DNA of 39,383 nucleotides from an uncultured Collinsella sp. (GTDB lineage Bacteria; Actinomycetota; Coriobacteriia; Coriobacteriales; Coriobacteriaceae): NCBI GenBank assembly GCA_902495945.1, contig CABUZD010000001.1, positions 1 to 39,383 of the forward strand, read 5' to 3'. Shown piece by piece: positions 16,028 to 25,313 of this stretch (position 1 is its first letter; each line of letters starts with the position of its first letter). The notes under the pieces were generated by a model. It saw only the letters and a program-made list of their open reading frames with translations, ran no database searches and was not told where the DNA came from. The position numbers and the translations under genes were made by a program.

Positions 16028-19000
16028 CTAGTGGGTCTTGCGGCGCTTGATCAGCATGATGAGGGCTATCACTACGAGCGTTGCTCCCGCTGCTGCTGCG
16101 GTGGCGACTAGGGCGAATGTTTGGTCGCCGGTGTTTGCGAGGTTCTTCGCTGTGGTCGTAGTCTTGACCTTGGTGTCGGTCTTAGCTCCGTTGTCGGACT
16201 TGGGCTTGTCCGGGTTCGTCGGGGTCTCAGGAGTCTCGGGGTCCTTTGAGCCTTCGGAATCGGTTGGGCCGGCGGTGTTTACCAGCGTATGGTCCAGGAA
16301 CTTCTTGGCGCCCGCACTTGCCTGTGAGAACAGGCGGCGCGTGCGGATCGGGGTGGCGTTCACCATTGTGGGCGCCGTCTCCCCGGCCTCGATATTCACG
16401 AGCGTCGTGCCGGTGTCGAGGCCCACGTCGTTGTATCCCACGTGGCAGTAATACTGCGCACCGTCATCGTCTGCGGTCAGGTCAATCTCGAGCTTTGAGG
16501 CCGTTCCAGCCGCGAGGTTGCCATCGGCACCCACGAGCTTAAACTCTGTCTCGCCGCGGCCCTTGCGGTACCACATATAGGTCGGTGCCAACCCTGTTTC
16601 GCTATCGTCGGCACCGAGTTGCTTCACATGGCCAATCGCCGAGAGCGTCAGGTGGCTTCCCGCCGTGCGCTCAACCGAAGAGTCGTATCCAAGATCCGAC
16701 CCCTCCGCAGCATCCGCCGCAGGTCCGCTCACGGTCATCGTCATGCCATCGGGCATGGTCTTGACCGTGATGATTGCCGAGCGAATACCTGTTTCGGTCG
16801 TGGATCCATTCTTAACGGCGGCGATGGCGAATCGATACTCCGTATTGGGCTGCAGCCCATCCCACTTGAGCGAGGTCTGCGTGTTGTCGGCAATCTTCCA
16901 GCTATTGACGACCGCATCCGCCGCATTGCTCTGCAGCATGCCCACGCCGTAGCTAAAGCCACTCTTGTTTGCGAGTACATCGTCCCAGCTAAACGTAACG
17001 CTGGTCGAATCGACGGCGTTTGCCGTAAAGCCCGTCACGGCCGGCGCGTCGGGCATCTCGACGTCCTTAACGTCATAGCCCACGATCCAGAACTGGTCGG
17101 TGTCTTTGGTGCCGAGCTTGTCGCCCGAGTCTGCCTCGAACTTGTCGACATCCACCGCGTTGACGCCCAGACGCCACACAAAACCGTACTTGCCCTGCGC
17201 GGCCTCGGGCAGGTTGTCGACGGTGCCGCCGTATTCGGTCGATTCACTCGAGGAGTTACCCGCAGTAAAGCCGGCGTTGGCACCAAAGCACAGGCCGCCA
17301 AACAACTCGTGCTTTGCAAGCTTCGCGCCCATGACAACGCTGCCGTTCAGCGTCAAGCCGAGCTCGAGCTCCTGCTCCTTGCCCTCCTCGACTTCGATGG
17401 TCTGCTCAATGCTCGCCCCCGACTGCGCGGCGGCGCCGTTAAACCCATCGTGCGTGTAGGCGCGCGTTACGCCAGGCTTGCCCAGGCCAAAGGAATCCCC
17501 AACGGGAGTCTCGCCGTTGAGCGTCGTTTGATAGGTTCCGGGTTCTCCCGACCGGTTGGTCAAAAAGTAGCTGAGCGGCGTCATATTGTGCTGTTTGGCA
17601 ATGCGGTCATAGGCCTCGACATTAACGACCGAGGTCTGCGCGCCGAGCGACACGGGCGCCGCCATCACGCCCTTGCCACCAGTTTCCTCATTTTCGATCT
17701 CATACTCGTAATAGACCATCGGAATCGTGTAGAGCACGGCCTTGTCACCCTCGCCGGCATGCGACTCATAGCTTACGCTTGCGCTGACCGTGCGCTCGCT
17801 CCGGTAGTCATAGCATCCCTCGGCGGCAAAATCGACTGAAGCATTCATCGCGACCAGGGGCGGACCGGTCTGCACCTCGACGGCAACGCCCAACTCGGCG
17901 CCAATGGTATAGCCCTGGGATGTCCCCGTGCCCTTTTCCTCTCCGTATGACGTGCCGCCCAACACCAGATAGCCGTATGCCTGCTCCAGATCCTCAACAT
18001 AGGGCGCATCCTGCAGCACGGCAAGCACGCGCGGGTTGGTATAGACCTTGTAGCGGTCCTTGTACGTGATCTTGACGCTGTCGTTGTCGACATCGGGCAG
18101 CGCGAGCGAGATAAATGTGCCGTAGGTAGTGCCGCGACGGTTGCTCTCGCTAATCACCTGCTCCTCGCCGCGGCGCACCTTTCCGTTCTCGTCGAGCGAA
18201 AAATGCGAGGCGGTCATCCAATAGTAGTCATCGTTCTTGCGCAGGTCCTCGTCGCGGTGCTTGCCCACCACGGCGATAAAGCTCTCGTTATAGCGGTCCG
18301 AACCCGAGACGCTGCCCGCCTTGACGTCGCTGATCCACACCTGCTCTATACCCTTGTGGTCATGCTTGTTGCTGCTGTTGTATTGCTGACCGCTCATGCT
18401 CATGGTTCCGACCATGGACCCCAAGCCCTGAGCCCCGCTCTGTGCCGTGTTGCAGGCAAAGTCGCGGAACACATCGCCGCCCACGAGCACCTCGTCGACC
18501 GCCAGCTGCTCGGACAGGCCGTCAAGGTTGGCAGTGGCAAGGGCAATAGGCGCCAAGGTGCACGGATAGCGCTTATCCTGAGCGCTATCCTTCCATGCGC
18601 TGTTGGGCACATGCATCAGCCCATAGGAGGCGAGGAGCCCGTCTCTGTATTCCTTGCAATCGGAAAGCTTGAACTCGCCAGACTCCGAGTCAAAATACGC
18701 GTAGCGGTACAGCGCGCCGTACAGCCCCTTGCTGCCGTCAGAAGCGCCGTAATCAAAAGCGCTGCGTTGCCAGTCATAGCCCGCAAGAATAAGGCCCGTG
18801 ACGGTTTCACCCGTCTTCTTTCCTTCTTCATCGTAGGCGGCAAACGTGCCGAACGTCGCATTCGCAGCGACCATGGTCTTGCCGTTCGCGGAGAGGGAGA
18901 TTGCGCCCGCGTCGCCCAGAGCATCGACATGGACGAGCGCACCCTTGGATGCATCCCACGAAAACAGCTCGCAATGCGTCGACTTATCAATATTCTTCTT

Positions 19001-20116
19001 GCCGTAGGGTGCCGAGACCACGATGGCGAGGTCATCGCAAAAATCGCGATCGAGGTCGCCGGCCGCTAGCGAAACGACAGGAGCTGACTGAAGCTGCGTC
19101 CAGGAGTCGTTCCCGCCCTTGTTGTGCGTGGTGTAGTCCGCGGCGTTACCGGCATCGATCTTGACGACGCTTTGCTTCCAGTTGCCGCCCTCCAAGTCAT
19201 ACATGTCGACTACAGCCTTGCGCACGCCGTTCTCGTCGACATAGCAGCCCGCGTAGACAAAAAGCTCGTCGACGCCGTCGCCATCGACATCGCCCGCCTC
19301 GACATCAAAGACGGCGTCGTGCTCTTGCAGGTAACCGGCATCCAGGTACTTAAAACGGCCTTCGTACATCATATTAGTGTTGACCGTCACCGGCAGGTGT
19401 GTGTCGAGAGTGCGCGTACGCCCGTTGCTAAACGAGTAGAGGACCAGCTCAACCTTTCCGGCGTATGACTTGCCGTCAATCGTCGTGGAGGAACTGTCGC
19501 CGTAGGCACGGAGCTCGGCAACGCGGCTCTTTTTGCCCGTGCTGGCGTCGCTGCAGAACTCAACACTCGTGGCGTGAATGCCCGAGAAACCGTTGTTGTC
19601 GTTGGCGAGTACTGTTGAGGACTCATTGTTGCTTAGGTACGACCAGGTGCCGCCGCCGTAGTCGCTATGCTTGTAGAGATCGCTGTTCGTATCGAAGTTG
19701 TTGACGTTTTGCCAGAACTTTGCGGCGCCCCACACACTTCCATAGCCATCGGTGAGTTTGCTGCTGCCGCCAATGTCACCGCGCTCGACGTTCTCGAGCT
19801 TGTCGCGCAGAGTGTAGCGATTGCCATGGCTACCGTTAGCTGCCATATAGACCTCGCCGCGCGTGGCAAACGTCGTGGGGGTATCAGTGGAATAGGGGCC
19901 AACGGTATCGGCCGGAATGTCCTCGCTCGTGCCCAGACCCAGGGCTTGATAATCCTGCTCGGTCATATCGGTGATTGCAGGCGCATCTGCCGCCTGGGCA
20001 ACCTGGGGCGCGGCCGTGAAGCAGGCGACGCTCGTGGCGATCAACGCAGCAAGCGCCGCCGTCCCAACAAGCGGGATTTTCGACAGCCTACGGATACGGG
20101 GGTGTGGAACGTACAT
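16028..20116 (-). CDS. Large sortase-anchored surface protein: FG-GAP/VCBS-like repeats, FN3 and Ig-like domains, LANTG anchor (alternative start 20152)
   Basis: Signal peptide ending AQA-A; AGDVDGDGVDEL, AGDLDRDFCDDL, TANLDG repeats; FN3 (SVTFSW...GLQPNTEYRFAIAA); LANTG + TM + KRRK tail. Confidence 0.85.
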   Translation of the reverse strand: MYVPHPRIRRLSKIPLVGTAALAALIATSVACFTAAPQVAQAADAPAITDMTEQDYQALGLGTSEDIPADTVGPYSTDTPTTFATRGEVYMAANGSHGNRYTLRDKLENVERGDIGGSSKLTDGYGSVWGAAKFWQNVNNFDTNSDLYKHSDYGGGTWSYLSNNESSTVLANDNNGFSGIHATSVEFCSDASTGKKSRVAELRAYGDSSSTTIDGKSYAGKVELVLYSFSNGRTRTLDTHLPVTVNTNMMYEGRFKYLDAGYLQEHDAVFDVEAGDVDGDGVDELFVYAGCYVDENGVRKAVVDMYDLEGGNWKQSVVKIDAGNAADYTTHNKGGNDSWTQLQSAPVVSLAAGDLDRDFCDDLAIVVSAPYGKKNIDKSTHCELFSWDASKGALVHVDALGDAGAISLSANGKTMVAANATFGTFAAYDEEGKKTGETVTGLILAGYDWQRSAFDYGASDGSKGLYGALYRYAYFDSESGEFKLSDCKEYRDGLLASYGLMHVPNSAWKDSAQDKRYPCTLAPIALATANLDGLSEQLAVDEVLVGGDVFRDFACNTAQSGAQGLGSMVGTMSMSGQQYNSSNKHDHKGIEQVWISDVKAGSVSGSDRYNESFIAVVGKHRDEDLRKNDDYYWMTASHFSLDENGKVRRGEEQVISESNRRGTTYGTFISLALPDVDNDSVKITYKDRYKVYTNPRVLAVLQDAPYVEDLEQAYGYLVLGGTSYGEEKGTGTSQGYTIGAELGVAVEVQTGPPLVAMNASVDFAAEGCYDYRSERTVSASVSYESHAGEGDKAVLYTIPMVYYEYEIENEETGGKGVMAAPVSLGAQTSVVNVEAYDRIAKQHNMTPLSYFLTNRSGEPGTYQTTLNGETPVGDSFGLGKPGVTRAYTHDGFNGAAAQSGASIEQTIEVEEGKEQELELGLTLNGSVVMGAKLAKHELFGGLCFGANAGFTAGNSSSESTEYGGTVDNLPEAAQGKYGFVWRLGVNAVDVDKFEADSGDKLGTKDTDQFWIVGYDVKDVEMPDAPAVTGFTANAVDSTSVTFSWDDVLANKSGFSYGVGMLQSNAADAVVNSWKIADNTQTSLKWDGLQPNTEYRFAIAAVKNGSTTETGIRSAIITVKTMPDGMTMTVSGPAADAAEGSDLGYDSSVERTAGSHLTLSAIGHVKQLGADDSETGLAPTYMWYRKGRGETEFKLVGADGNLAAGTASKLEIDLTADDDGAQYYCHVGYNDVGLDTGTTLVNIEAGETAPTMVNATPIRTRRLFSQASAGAKKFLDHTLVNTAGPTDSEGSKDPETPETPTNPDKPKSDNGAKTDTKVKTTTTAKNLANTGDQTFALVATAAAAGATLVVIALIMLIKRRKTH

Positions 20117-20160
20117 GAGGGACCTCGCTTTATTCGAGTGGAGTGGACTCATTTTTACAA

Positions 20161-20220
20161 ATGATACGTCCGATGCCCGATATCACGTGTCTCATTTTCG
20201 CCAACGGCGTGTCTCATTTT
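20161..20220 (-). promoter_or_regulatory. Candidate promoter with a 13-bp direct repeat over the -35 region
   Basis: CGTGTCTCATTTT at 20186-20198 and 20208-20220; TATCAT -10 at 20166-20161. Confidence 0.55.
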
Positions 20221-20239
20221 TGAGAATCCGAGATGCCGC

Positions 20240-20686
20240 GGAAATCTTATCCCAGCTCAAAGGCCATTTCTGGGATGTATTTTCCGTCGAGTGCCTCATC
20301 GGGAAACTGCATCCCATTTCAAGCGTCGATTCTGGGACGCACTTTCCCCTTAGACCCTCAACCGGAAACCGCATCCCACTTTGAGCGCAAATTCCGGGAT
20401 GCATTTTCCGCTTGAGCCTCATTGGGAAACGGCGTCCCACTTTGAGGGCTGATTGTGGGATGCATTTTCCGGTTTTGCTCTCATTGGGAAAATGCATCCC
20501 GTTTCTTGACCGAATAATGGGACGCAATTTCCCGTTGGAGCGCCTTTGGGAAAGTGTGTCCCACTTCGACCGCCCAGAGTGGGATGCACTTTCCGCAAAG
20601 CACCTCAACGGGAAACTACGTCCCATTCCAAAGGCAAATTCCGGGACGCATTTTTCGAAAGCCTGCCCATCCGGAAAGCCCGTCCC
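20240..20686. repeat. Phased array of alternating inverted 14-bp motifs (15 motifs, 62-bp period)
   Basis: Forward motifs at 20240, 20302, 20364, 20425, 20487, 20549, 20611, 20673; inverted motifs at 20272, 20334, 20396, 20457, 20519, 20581, 20643. Confidence 0.92.
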
Positions 20687-20746
20687 ACTTTGGACGCATC
20701 CGGGCACGGAACCATCGACCTATCAGGCCTCCCATCAATAAAGAGG

Positions 20747-20880
20747 CGTCCTTCCGGACGGCGGGGCACGAAGTTCATCGCGAGTTACGCACGCAAAGAA
20801 GGCCACTTAATGTGGCCTTCGTCTTGCGCAGGACTGTAGAGCAGGGAACTTCGTGCCCCGACGCCCGGGAGGACGTTTCA
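20747..20880 (-). ncRNA. Structured ~130-nt repeated element, copy 2
   Basis: Reverse complement shares the core cagtcctgcgcaagacgRaggccacattaagtggcctYctttgcgtgcgKaactcgcgatgaac with copy 1; the outer stem differs in sequence but still pairs. Confidence 0.6.
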
Positions 20881-20917
20881 TTTAGAAAGATGGACCGACC
20901 GCCGTCAGCGATGGGAG

Positions 20918-21469
20918 CTACTCCCCCAGCACGGCCTTTTTGGCGGCTGCAGCCATGTTGTCCAGATCTTCCTTGGTGGGATGGTCCTTCGCGGCAACCC
21001 AGTTGTCGAGCAGCATCTTAAATCGGGCGTTGTCGGGATCTTGCTCGAGCATGGCCTCGTAGCGCTGCTTGACCGCGGGGCCCATCTTGCCCTGGCACAT
21101 CGCCCAACCCGCAAGCTCGGCATCCTCGGCCAAATTGGAGGTCACGCGATTGATAATCTGCTGATAATAGCTCTGGTCGGCGCCAAAACCGCAGGTACCA
21201 AAGAGGAAAACGCGCTTGCCGTGCAGAGCGGAGAGCAGCGCGGCAACCGAAGGCGTGCACGCGCCCTTGTCGCACCAAAAACCGACGAGCACCGTGTCGG
21301 CCGCGCAGGCGCCCTGCGCCTCGAGCGCAACCTGATCTGCATCCGCATCGTCGCTCAACGCCGCGGCATGAACAAACTCAACACCCGCAGCCTGCAGAGC
21401 GCGCTTAATCGCGCCCGAAACCATCCTGGTATTACCGCTCTTGCTGTTAACCACCAAAGAGCACGTCAT
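20918..21469 (-). CDS. Flavodoxin family protein (Flavodoxin_3 / BilS-like)
   Basis: SKSGNTRM FMN loop, VGFWCDKG, FLFGTCGFG, CQGKM, HPTKEDL. Confidence 0.85.
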   Translation of the reverse strand: MTCSLVVNSKSGNTRMVSGAIKRALQAAGVEFVHAAALSDDADADQVALEAQGACAADTVLVGFWCDKGACTPSVAALLSALHGKRVFLFGTCGFGADQSYYQQIINRVTSNLAEDAELAGWAMCQGKMGPAVKQRYEAMLEQDPDNARFKMLLDNWVAAKDHPTKEDLDNMAAAAKKAVLGE

Positions 21470-21518
21470 AGTCACGTTGCCTCGTTTCCCCCAAAACTAA
21501 AGCCACTAATGCAATTTA

Positions 21519-21556
21519 TTAGATGAATATCTTAGTACTAACGTGACAGATGTAAA
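21519..21556 (-). promoter_or_regulatory. Flavodoxin promoter with AT-rich palindromes over the -10
   Basis: TTTACA (21556-21551), 16 bp, TAAGAT (21534-21529); palindromes TTAGATGAATATCTTA and TTAGTACTAA. Confidence 0.5.
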
Positions 21557-21596
21557 CCACCGTCTGTCGATTGATTAATTTGCCCCACGGGCTTGC

Positions 21597-23456
21597 TCAC
21601 TGGGCAAACTGGCTGCGGTAGAGCTCGGCGTAAAAGCCGCCTGCCGCTAGCAGCTCGTCGTGCGTGCCACGCTCGATAATCTCGCCGTCGCGCATGACCA
21701 AAATGCAGTCGGCGTTGCGGATGGTGCTCAGGCGGTGCGCCACGACAAAGCTTGTGCGACCGGCCATGAGCTCGTCGAATGCCGCCTGCACCTGCAGCTC
21801 GGTGCGGGTATCGATGCTCGAGGTCGCCTCGTCCAGCAGCAAGATAGCCGGGTCGGTGAGCATGACACGCGCGATGCACAGCAGCTGTTTTTGACCCTGG
21901 CTAAACGTGCCGCCGTCCTCGCCGATGACCGTATCGTAGCCGCCTGGCAGCTGCACGATAAACTTGTGCGCATGCGCGCGCTTGGCAGCTTCGATAACCT
22001 GCTCGCGCGTGGCGTCAGGACAGCCGTAGGCGATGTTTTCCGCCACCGTGCCCTCGAACAGCCAAGTGTCCTGCAGCACCATGCCAAAGGCACGGCGCAG
22101 GCTTGCGCGCGTGTAGTCACGCGAAGACCGGCCATCGACCATGATGCGTCCGGCATCGATATCGTAAAACCGCAGCAGCAAGTTGATGAGCGTCGTCTTG
22201 CCGCAGCCCGTAGGGCCAACGAGGGCAAAGCGCATGCCGGGCTTGGCCTCGATGCAGATATCCTGCAGCAGCTTGCGGTCGGACACGTAGCTAAAGTCCA
22301 CATGCTCAAAGGTCACCTCACCCTGCGGGGCGGCAAGTTCCACGGCATCCGCCGCATCGGGCTCCTGCTCGCGCGCATCGAGCAGCGCAAACATGCGGCG
22401 CGCCGAGGCATACGCCGTCTGGATCTGCGTAATGACGTTGGTGACCTCGTTGAACGGCTTGGTGTACTGGTTGGCATAGGACAGGAAAATCTGCACGCCG
22501 CCCACCGTGAGCGCAGCGGGCACGCCCGTGATCACGCCCACGCAGCCAATCACGGCGACCACGGCATAGATGATGTTGTTGATAAAGCGCGTACCGGGGT
22601 TGGAAAGCGAGCCCATAAACTGTGCGCGTTCACCTGCCGTATAGAGCTCGGCGTTGAGGGCGTCGAAGCGCGCTTGGGCGTTCGGGCCGTAGGCAAACGC
22701 ATCCACCAGTTTTTGCTCGCCCACATACTCCTCGATATGACCGCCGAGTTGGCCCTGGATGCGCTGTTGAGCAGTGAAGCTCTTATTGGAAAGCTTGGCG
22801 ACGGCACCAGCTGCAAAAATGGAAAGCGGCGTGACGAGTACCACCACGAGCGTCATGGTCAGGTTAATGGAGAGCATAAACGCGAGCGTGCCCACGATGG
22901 TGATAACACCGGTGAAGAGCTGCGTAAAGCCCTGCAGCAGACCGTCGCCCACCTGATCGACGTCGTTGACCACGCGGCTCATAAGGTCGCCGTGGGCATG
23001 GCTGTCGATAAAGCTGAGCGGCATGCGGCTGAGCTTATCGCTCGCCTCCACGCGCATGTCGCGCACCGTTTCGTAGGACAGGCGGTTGACGCAATAGCCC
23101 TGCAGCCACTGGAAGGCCGCAGCACCTACGACGACAATCGCGAGCTTGGTAACGAGCGGCAGCAGCGCATCGAAGTCCACCTGCCCGGCGGCGACGATCA
23201 GGTCGATGCCCTCGCCGATAAGGATAGGCGTGTAGAGCTGCAGAATCACGGAGATGGCGGCACTCACAAACGACGCAACAAACGAAATGCGATGCGGACG
23301 AACGTAGCCCATCAGACGGCGAGTCACCGCACCCACGGGATAGCGCTCGGGGTCGCCGGGCTGGCGCGGACCGTCGCCCAGGTCGTTGAGGCTATCGTTA
23401 CCGGACACGTTGGCCGTCATCGTGGCGACCGAACCGGAGGAAGTGTACGGATTCAT
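21597..23456 (-). CDS. Heterodimeric ABC exporter subunit (TMD+NBD; consensus Walker B and H-loop)
   Basis: GPTGCGKTT, VLQDTWLF, FSQGQKQ, LLLDEATSSID, VAHRLST. Confidence 0.93.
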   Translation of the reverse strand: MNPYTSSGSVATMTANVSGNDSLNDLGDGPRQPGDPERYPVGAVTRRLMGYVRPHRISFVASFVSAAISVILQLYTPILIGEGIDLIVAAGQVDFDALLPLVTKLAIVVVGAAAFQWLQGYCVNRLSYETVRDMRVEASDKLSRMPLSFIDSHAHGDLMSRVVNDVDQVGDGLLQGFTQLFTGVITIVGTLAFMLSINLTMTLVVVLVTPLSIFAAGAVAKLSNKSFTAQQRIQGQLGGHIEEYVGEQKLVDAFAYGPNAQARFDALNAELYTAGERAQFMGSLSNPGTRFINNIIYAVVAVIGCVGVITGVPAALTVGGVQIFLSYANQYTKPFNEVTNVITQIQTAYASARRMFALLDAREQEPDAADAVELAAPQGEVTFEHVDFSYVSDRKLLQDICIEAKPGMRFALVGPTGCGKTTLINLLLRFYDIDAGRIMVDGRSSRDYTRASLRRAFGMVLQDTWLFEGTVAENIAYGCPDATREQVIEAAKRAHAHKFIVQLPGGYDTVIGEDGGTFSQGQKQLLCIARVMLTDPAILLLDEATSSIDTRTELQVQAAFDELMAGRTSFVVAHRLSTIRNADCILVMRDGEIIERGTHDELLAAGGFYAELYRSQFAQ

Positions 23457-25313
23457 TTAGCAGCCCTCCTTTGCGCAGACGGATGCGGGGGCGGTCGGAG
23501 CGGACGCGGGCGTCGTGCTCCCCTGCTGACCCTCGAGCTCCTCGCGGCGAAGCTGCGACTGGCAAATCTCGCGGTAGAGCTGGCAGGTCGTGTAGAGCTC
23601 ATCGTGCGCGCCCAGGCCCGCGACCGAACCGTGGTCAAGTACGCAGATCATATCGGCGTCGCGCACGGTCGAGACACGTTGGCTCACGATGACGGTCGTG
23701 AGCGGCAGCCCGCCCTCGGCGGCACCGCGCACACTGCGCTCGCGGATGGCATGGCGAAGCGCCGCGTCGGTCTTAAAGTCGAGCGCCGAGGCAGAATCGT
23801 CCATGATCAATATCTGAGGCGAGCCCACCAGGGCGCGCGCGATGGTCAGGCGCTGGCGTTGGCCACCGCTGAAGTTCTTACCGCCCGCCTCGACCGGGGT
23901 ATCGAGCCCCTGCGGCTTGTTGCGCACGAACTCGCTCGCCTGCGCCATGTCGAGCGCCGCCCAGAGATCCTCGTCGGTCGCAGCCTCGTCGCGCCAGGTC
24001 AGGTTGCTGCGGATGGTGCCGCTCACCAGCGACGCACGCTGTGGAACGGTCGCGACCACACGGCGCAGCTGGTCGAGCGGCCAGGTGCGCACGTCGGCGC
24101 CCATCACACTCACGCTGCCGGCGCTCGCATCGTACAGGCGCGGGATAAGCGAGACGAGCGTGGACTTGCCGCTACCCGTACCGCCGATAATGCCAAGCGT
24201 CTTGCCCAGCGGGAGCTCCAGGGTCACATCGTTGACGGCATTTGCCGCGCCGGCGCCAAACGAGAAGCTCGCATGGTCAAAGCTCAGCGCAGGGACCGGA
24301 ACAGCGCCACCCGTCAGGTCGCTCGGCTCAGGCAGCGCGACCGGCTGGTTGCCCTCGTCAGCGATGCTCGGCACGCAATTGAGCACCTCGTTGATACGCG
24401 ACGCGCTGGCGCTCGCCTTGGTAAAGACCACGACCAGGTTGGCGACGTACACGATGGAGGTGAGCGTCTGCGTCATGTAGTTCACAAACGCCATGACCTG
24501 ACCCTGCGTGAGCTCGCCCACGTTGACCTGGATGCCGCCCACCCACAGGATGGCGCACACGCCCAGGTTCATCACAAGAAACGTGACGGGATTAAGGATC
24601 GACGAGAGCTTGCCCACCGCGATGGCAGTATTGGCCTGGTCATCGGCGGCTTGGGCAAAACGCTCGCGCTCGTGGTCCTCACGCACAAAGGCGCGAACAA
24701 CGCGGGCGCCCGAAAGCCCCTCGCGGCAGATAAGCGCGATGCGGTCGAGCTTTGCCTGCAGCTGCCTGTAATACGGGATACAGCGCGCCATGACAAACCA
24801 AAACACCAGGCCGATAGCGGGCGTGCAGATCAAGAAGATCATGCCGAGCTTAAGGTCGATGGCAAGGGCCGCGCACATAGAGCCCACCGCCAAGAAGGGC
24901 CAGCGGATGAGCATGCGTACGCCCAGCGCCACAGCGAGCTGCACCTGGTTGACGTCGTTGGTGATGCGGGTGATAAGCGACGGCGTGCCAAAGCGGTCGA
25001 GTTCGGCATAGCTCAACTTGTTGATGTGCTGGTAGAGCGCACCGCGGATATCGGTGCCCATGCCCTGCGAGGTGAGCGCCGCCATCTTTTGGCAGACGAG
25101 CGTAAACGAGATGCCGATCACAGCCATGGCGCCAAGCAGCATACCGTAGTGGACGACGGCGTTGACATCGTGTGCGCCAATACCCTTATCGATCATCTGG
25201 GCAATCACCAGCGGCGTCAGCAGGTCAAAGATCACTTCGATCAGCTTACACGCAGGGCCGATCACCATATACCGGCGAAACTTACCACCAAAACGCCTGA
25301 GCAGCTCAATCAT
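23457..25313 (-). CDS. Heterodimeric ABC exporter subunit (TMD+NBD; degenerate site)
   Basis: SLITRITND, GGTGSGKST, NFSGGQRQRL, IMDDSASALD, VSQR; ATG 25313 after GGGAG; stop abuts the partner's ATG. Confidence 0.93.
   Translation of the reverse strand: MIELLRRFGGKFRRYMVIGPACKLIEVIFDLLTPLVIAQMIDKGIGAHDVNAVVHYGMLLGAMAVIGISFTLVCQKMAALTSQGMGTDIRGALYQHINKLSYAELDRFGTPSLITRITNDVNQVQLAVALGVRMLIRWPFLAVGSMCAALAIDLKLGMIFLICTPAIGLVFWFVMARCIPYYRQLQAKLDRIALICREGLSGARVVRAFVREDHERERFAQAADDQANTAIAVGKLSSILNPVTFLVMNLGVCAILWVGGIQVNVGELTQGQVMAFVNYMTQTLTSIVYVANLVVVFTKASASASRINEVLNCVPSIADEGNQPVALPEPSDLTGGAVPVPALSFDHASFSFGAGAANAVNDVTLELPLGKTLGIIGGTGSGKSTLVSLIPRLYDASAGSVSVMGADVRTWPLDQLRRVVATVPQRASLVSGTIRSNLTWRDEAATDEDLWAALDMAQASEFVRNKPQGLDTPVEAGGKNFSGGQRQRLTIARALVGSPQILIMDDSASALDFKTDAALRHAIRERSVRGAAEGGLPLTTVIVSQRVSTVRDADMICVLDHGSVAGLGAHDELYTTCQLYREICQSQLRREELEGQQGSTTPASAPTAPASVCAKEGC

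Noticed and set aside
20240..20686. Calling the phased arrays CRISPR
   Set aside because: Repeats are only 14 bp, degenerate and alternate in orientation; spacers are 15-18 nt and resemble each other; no cas genes in the window.
20192..20839. ORFs of 60-171 aa across the array (also 15688-15891 and the array-overlapping parts of 15305-15883)
   Set aside because: The 62-bp period is not a multiple of 3; the peptides are frame-shifted repeat translations without a credible RBS.
21597..25313. Degenerate ATPase motifs in the ABC pair as a novelty or pseudogene sign
   Set aside because: One degenerate and one consensus site is the normal design of TM287/288-type heterodimeric exporters.
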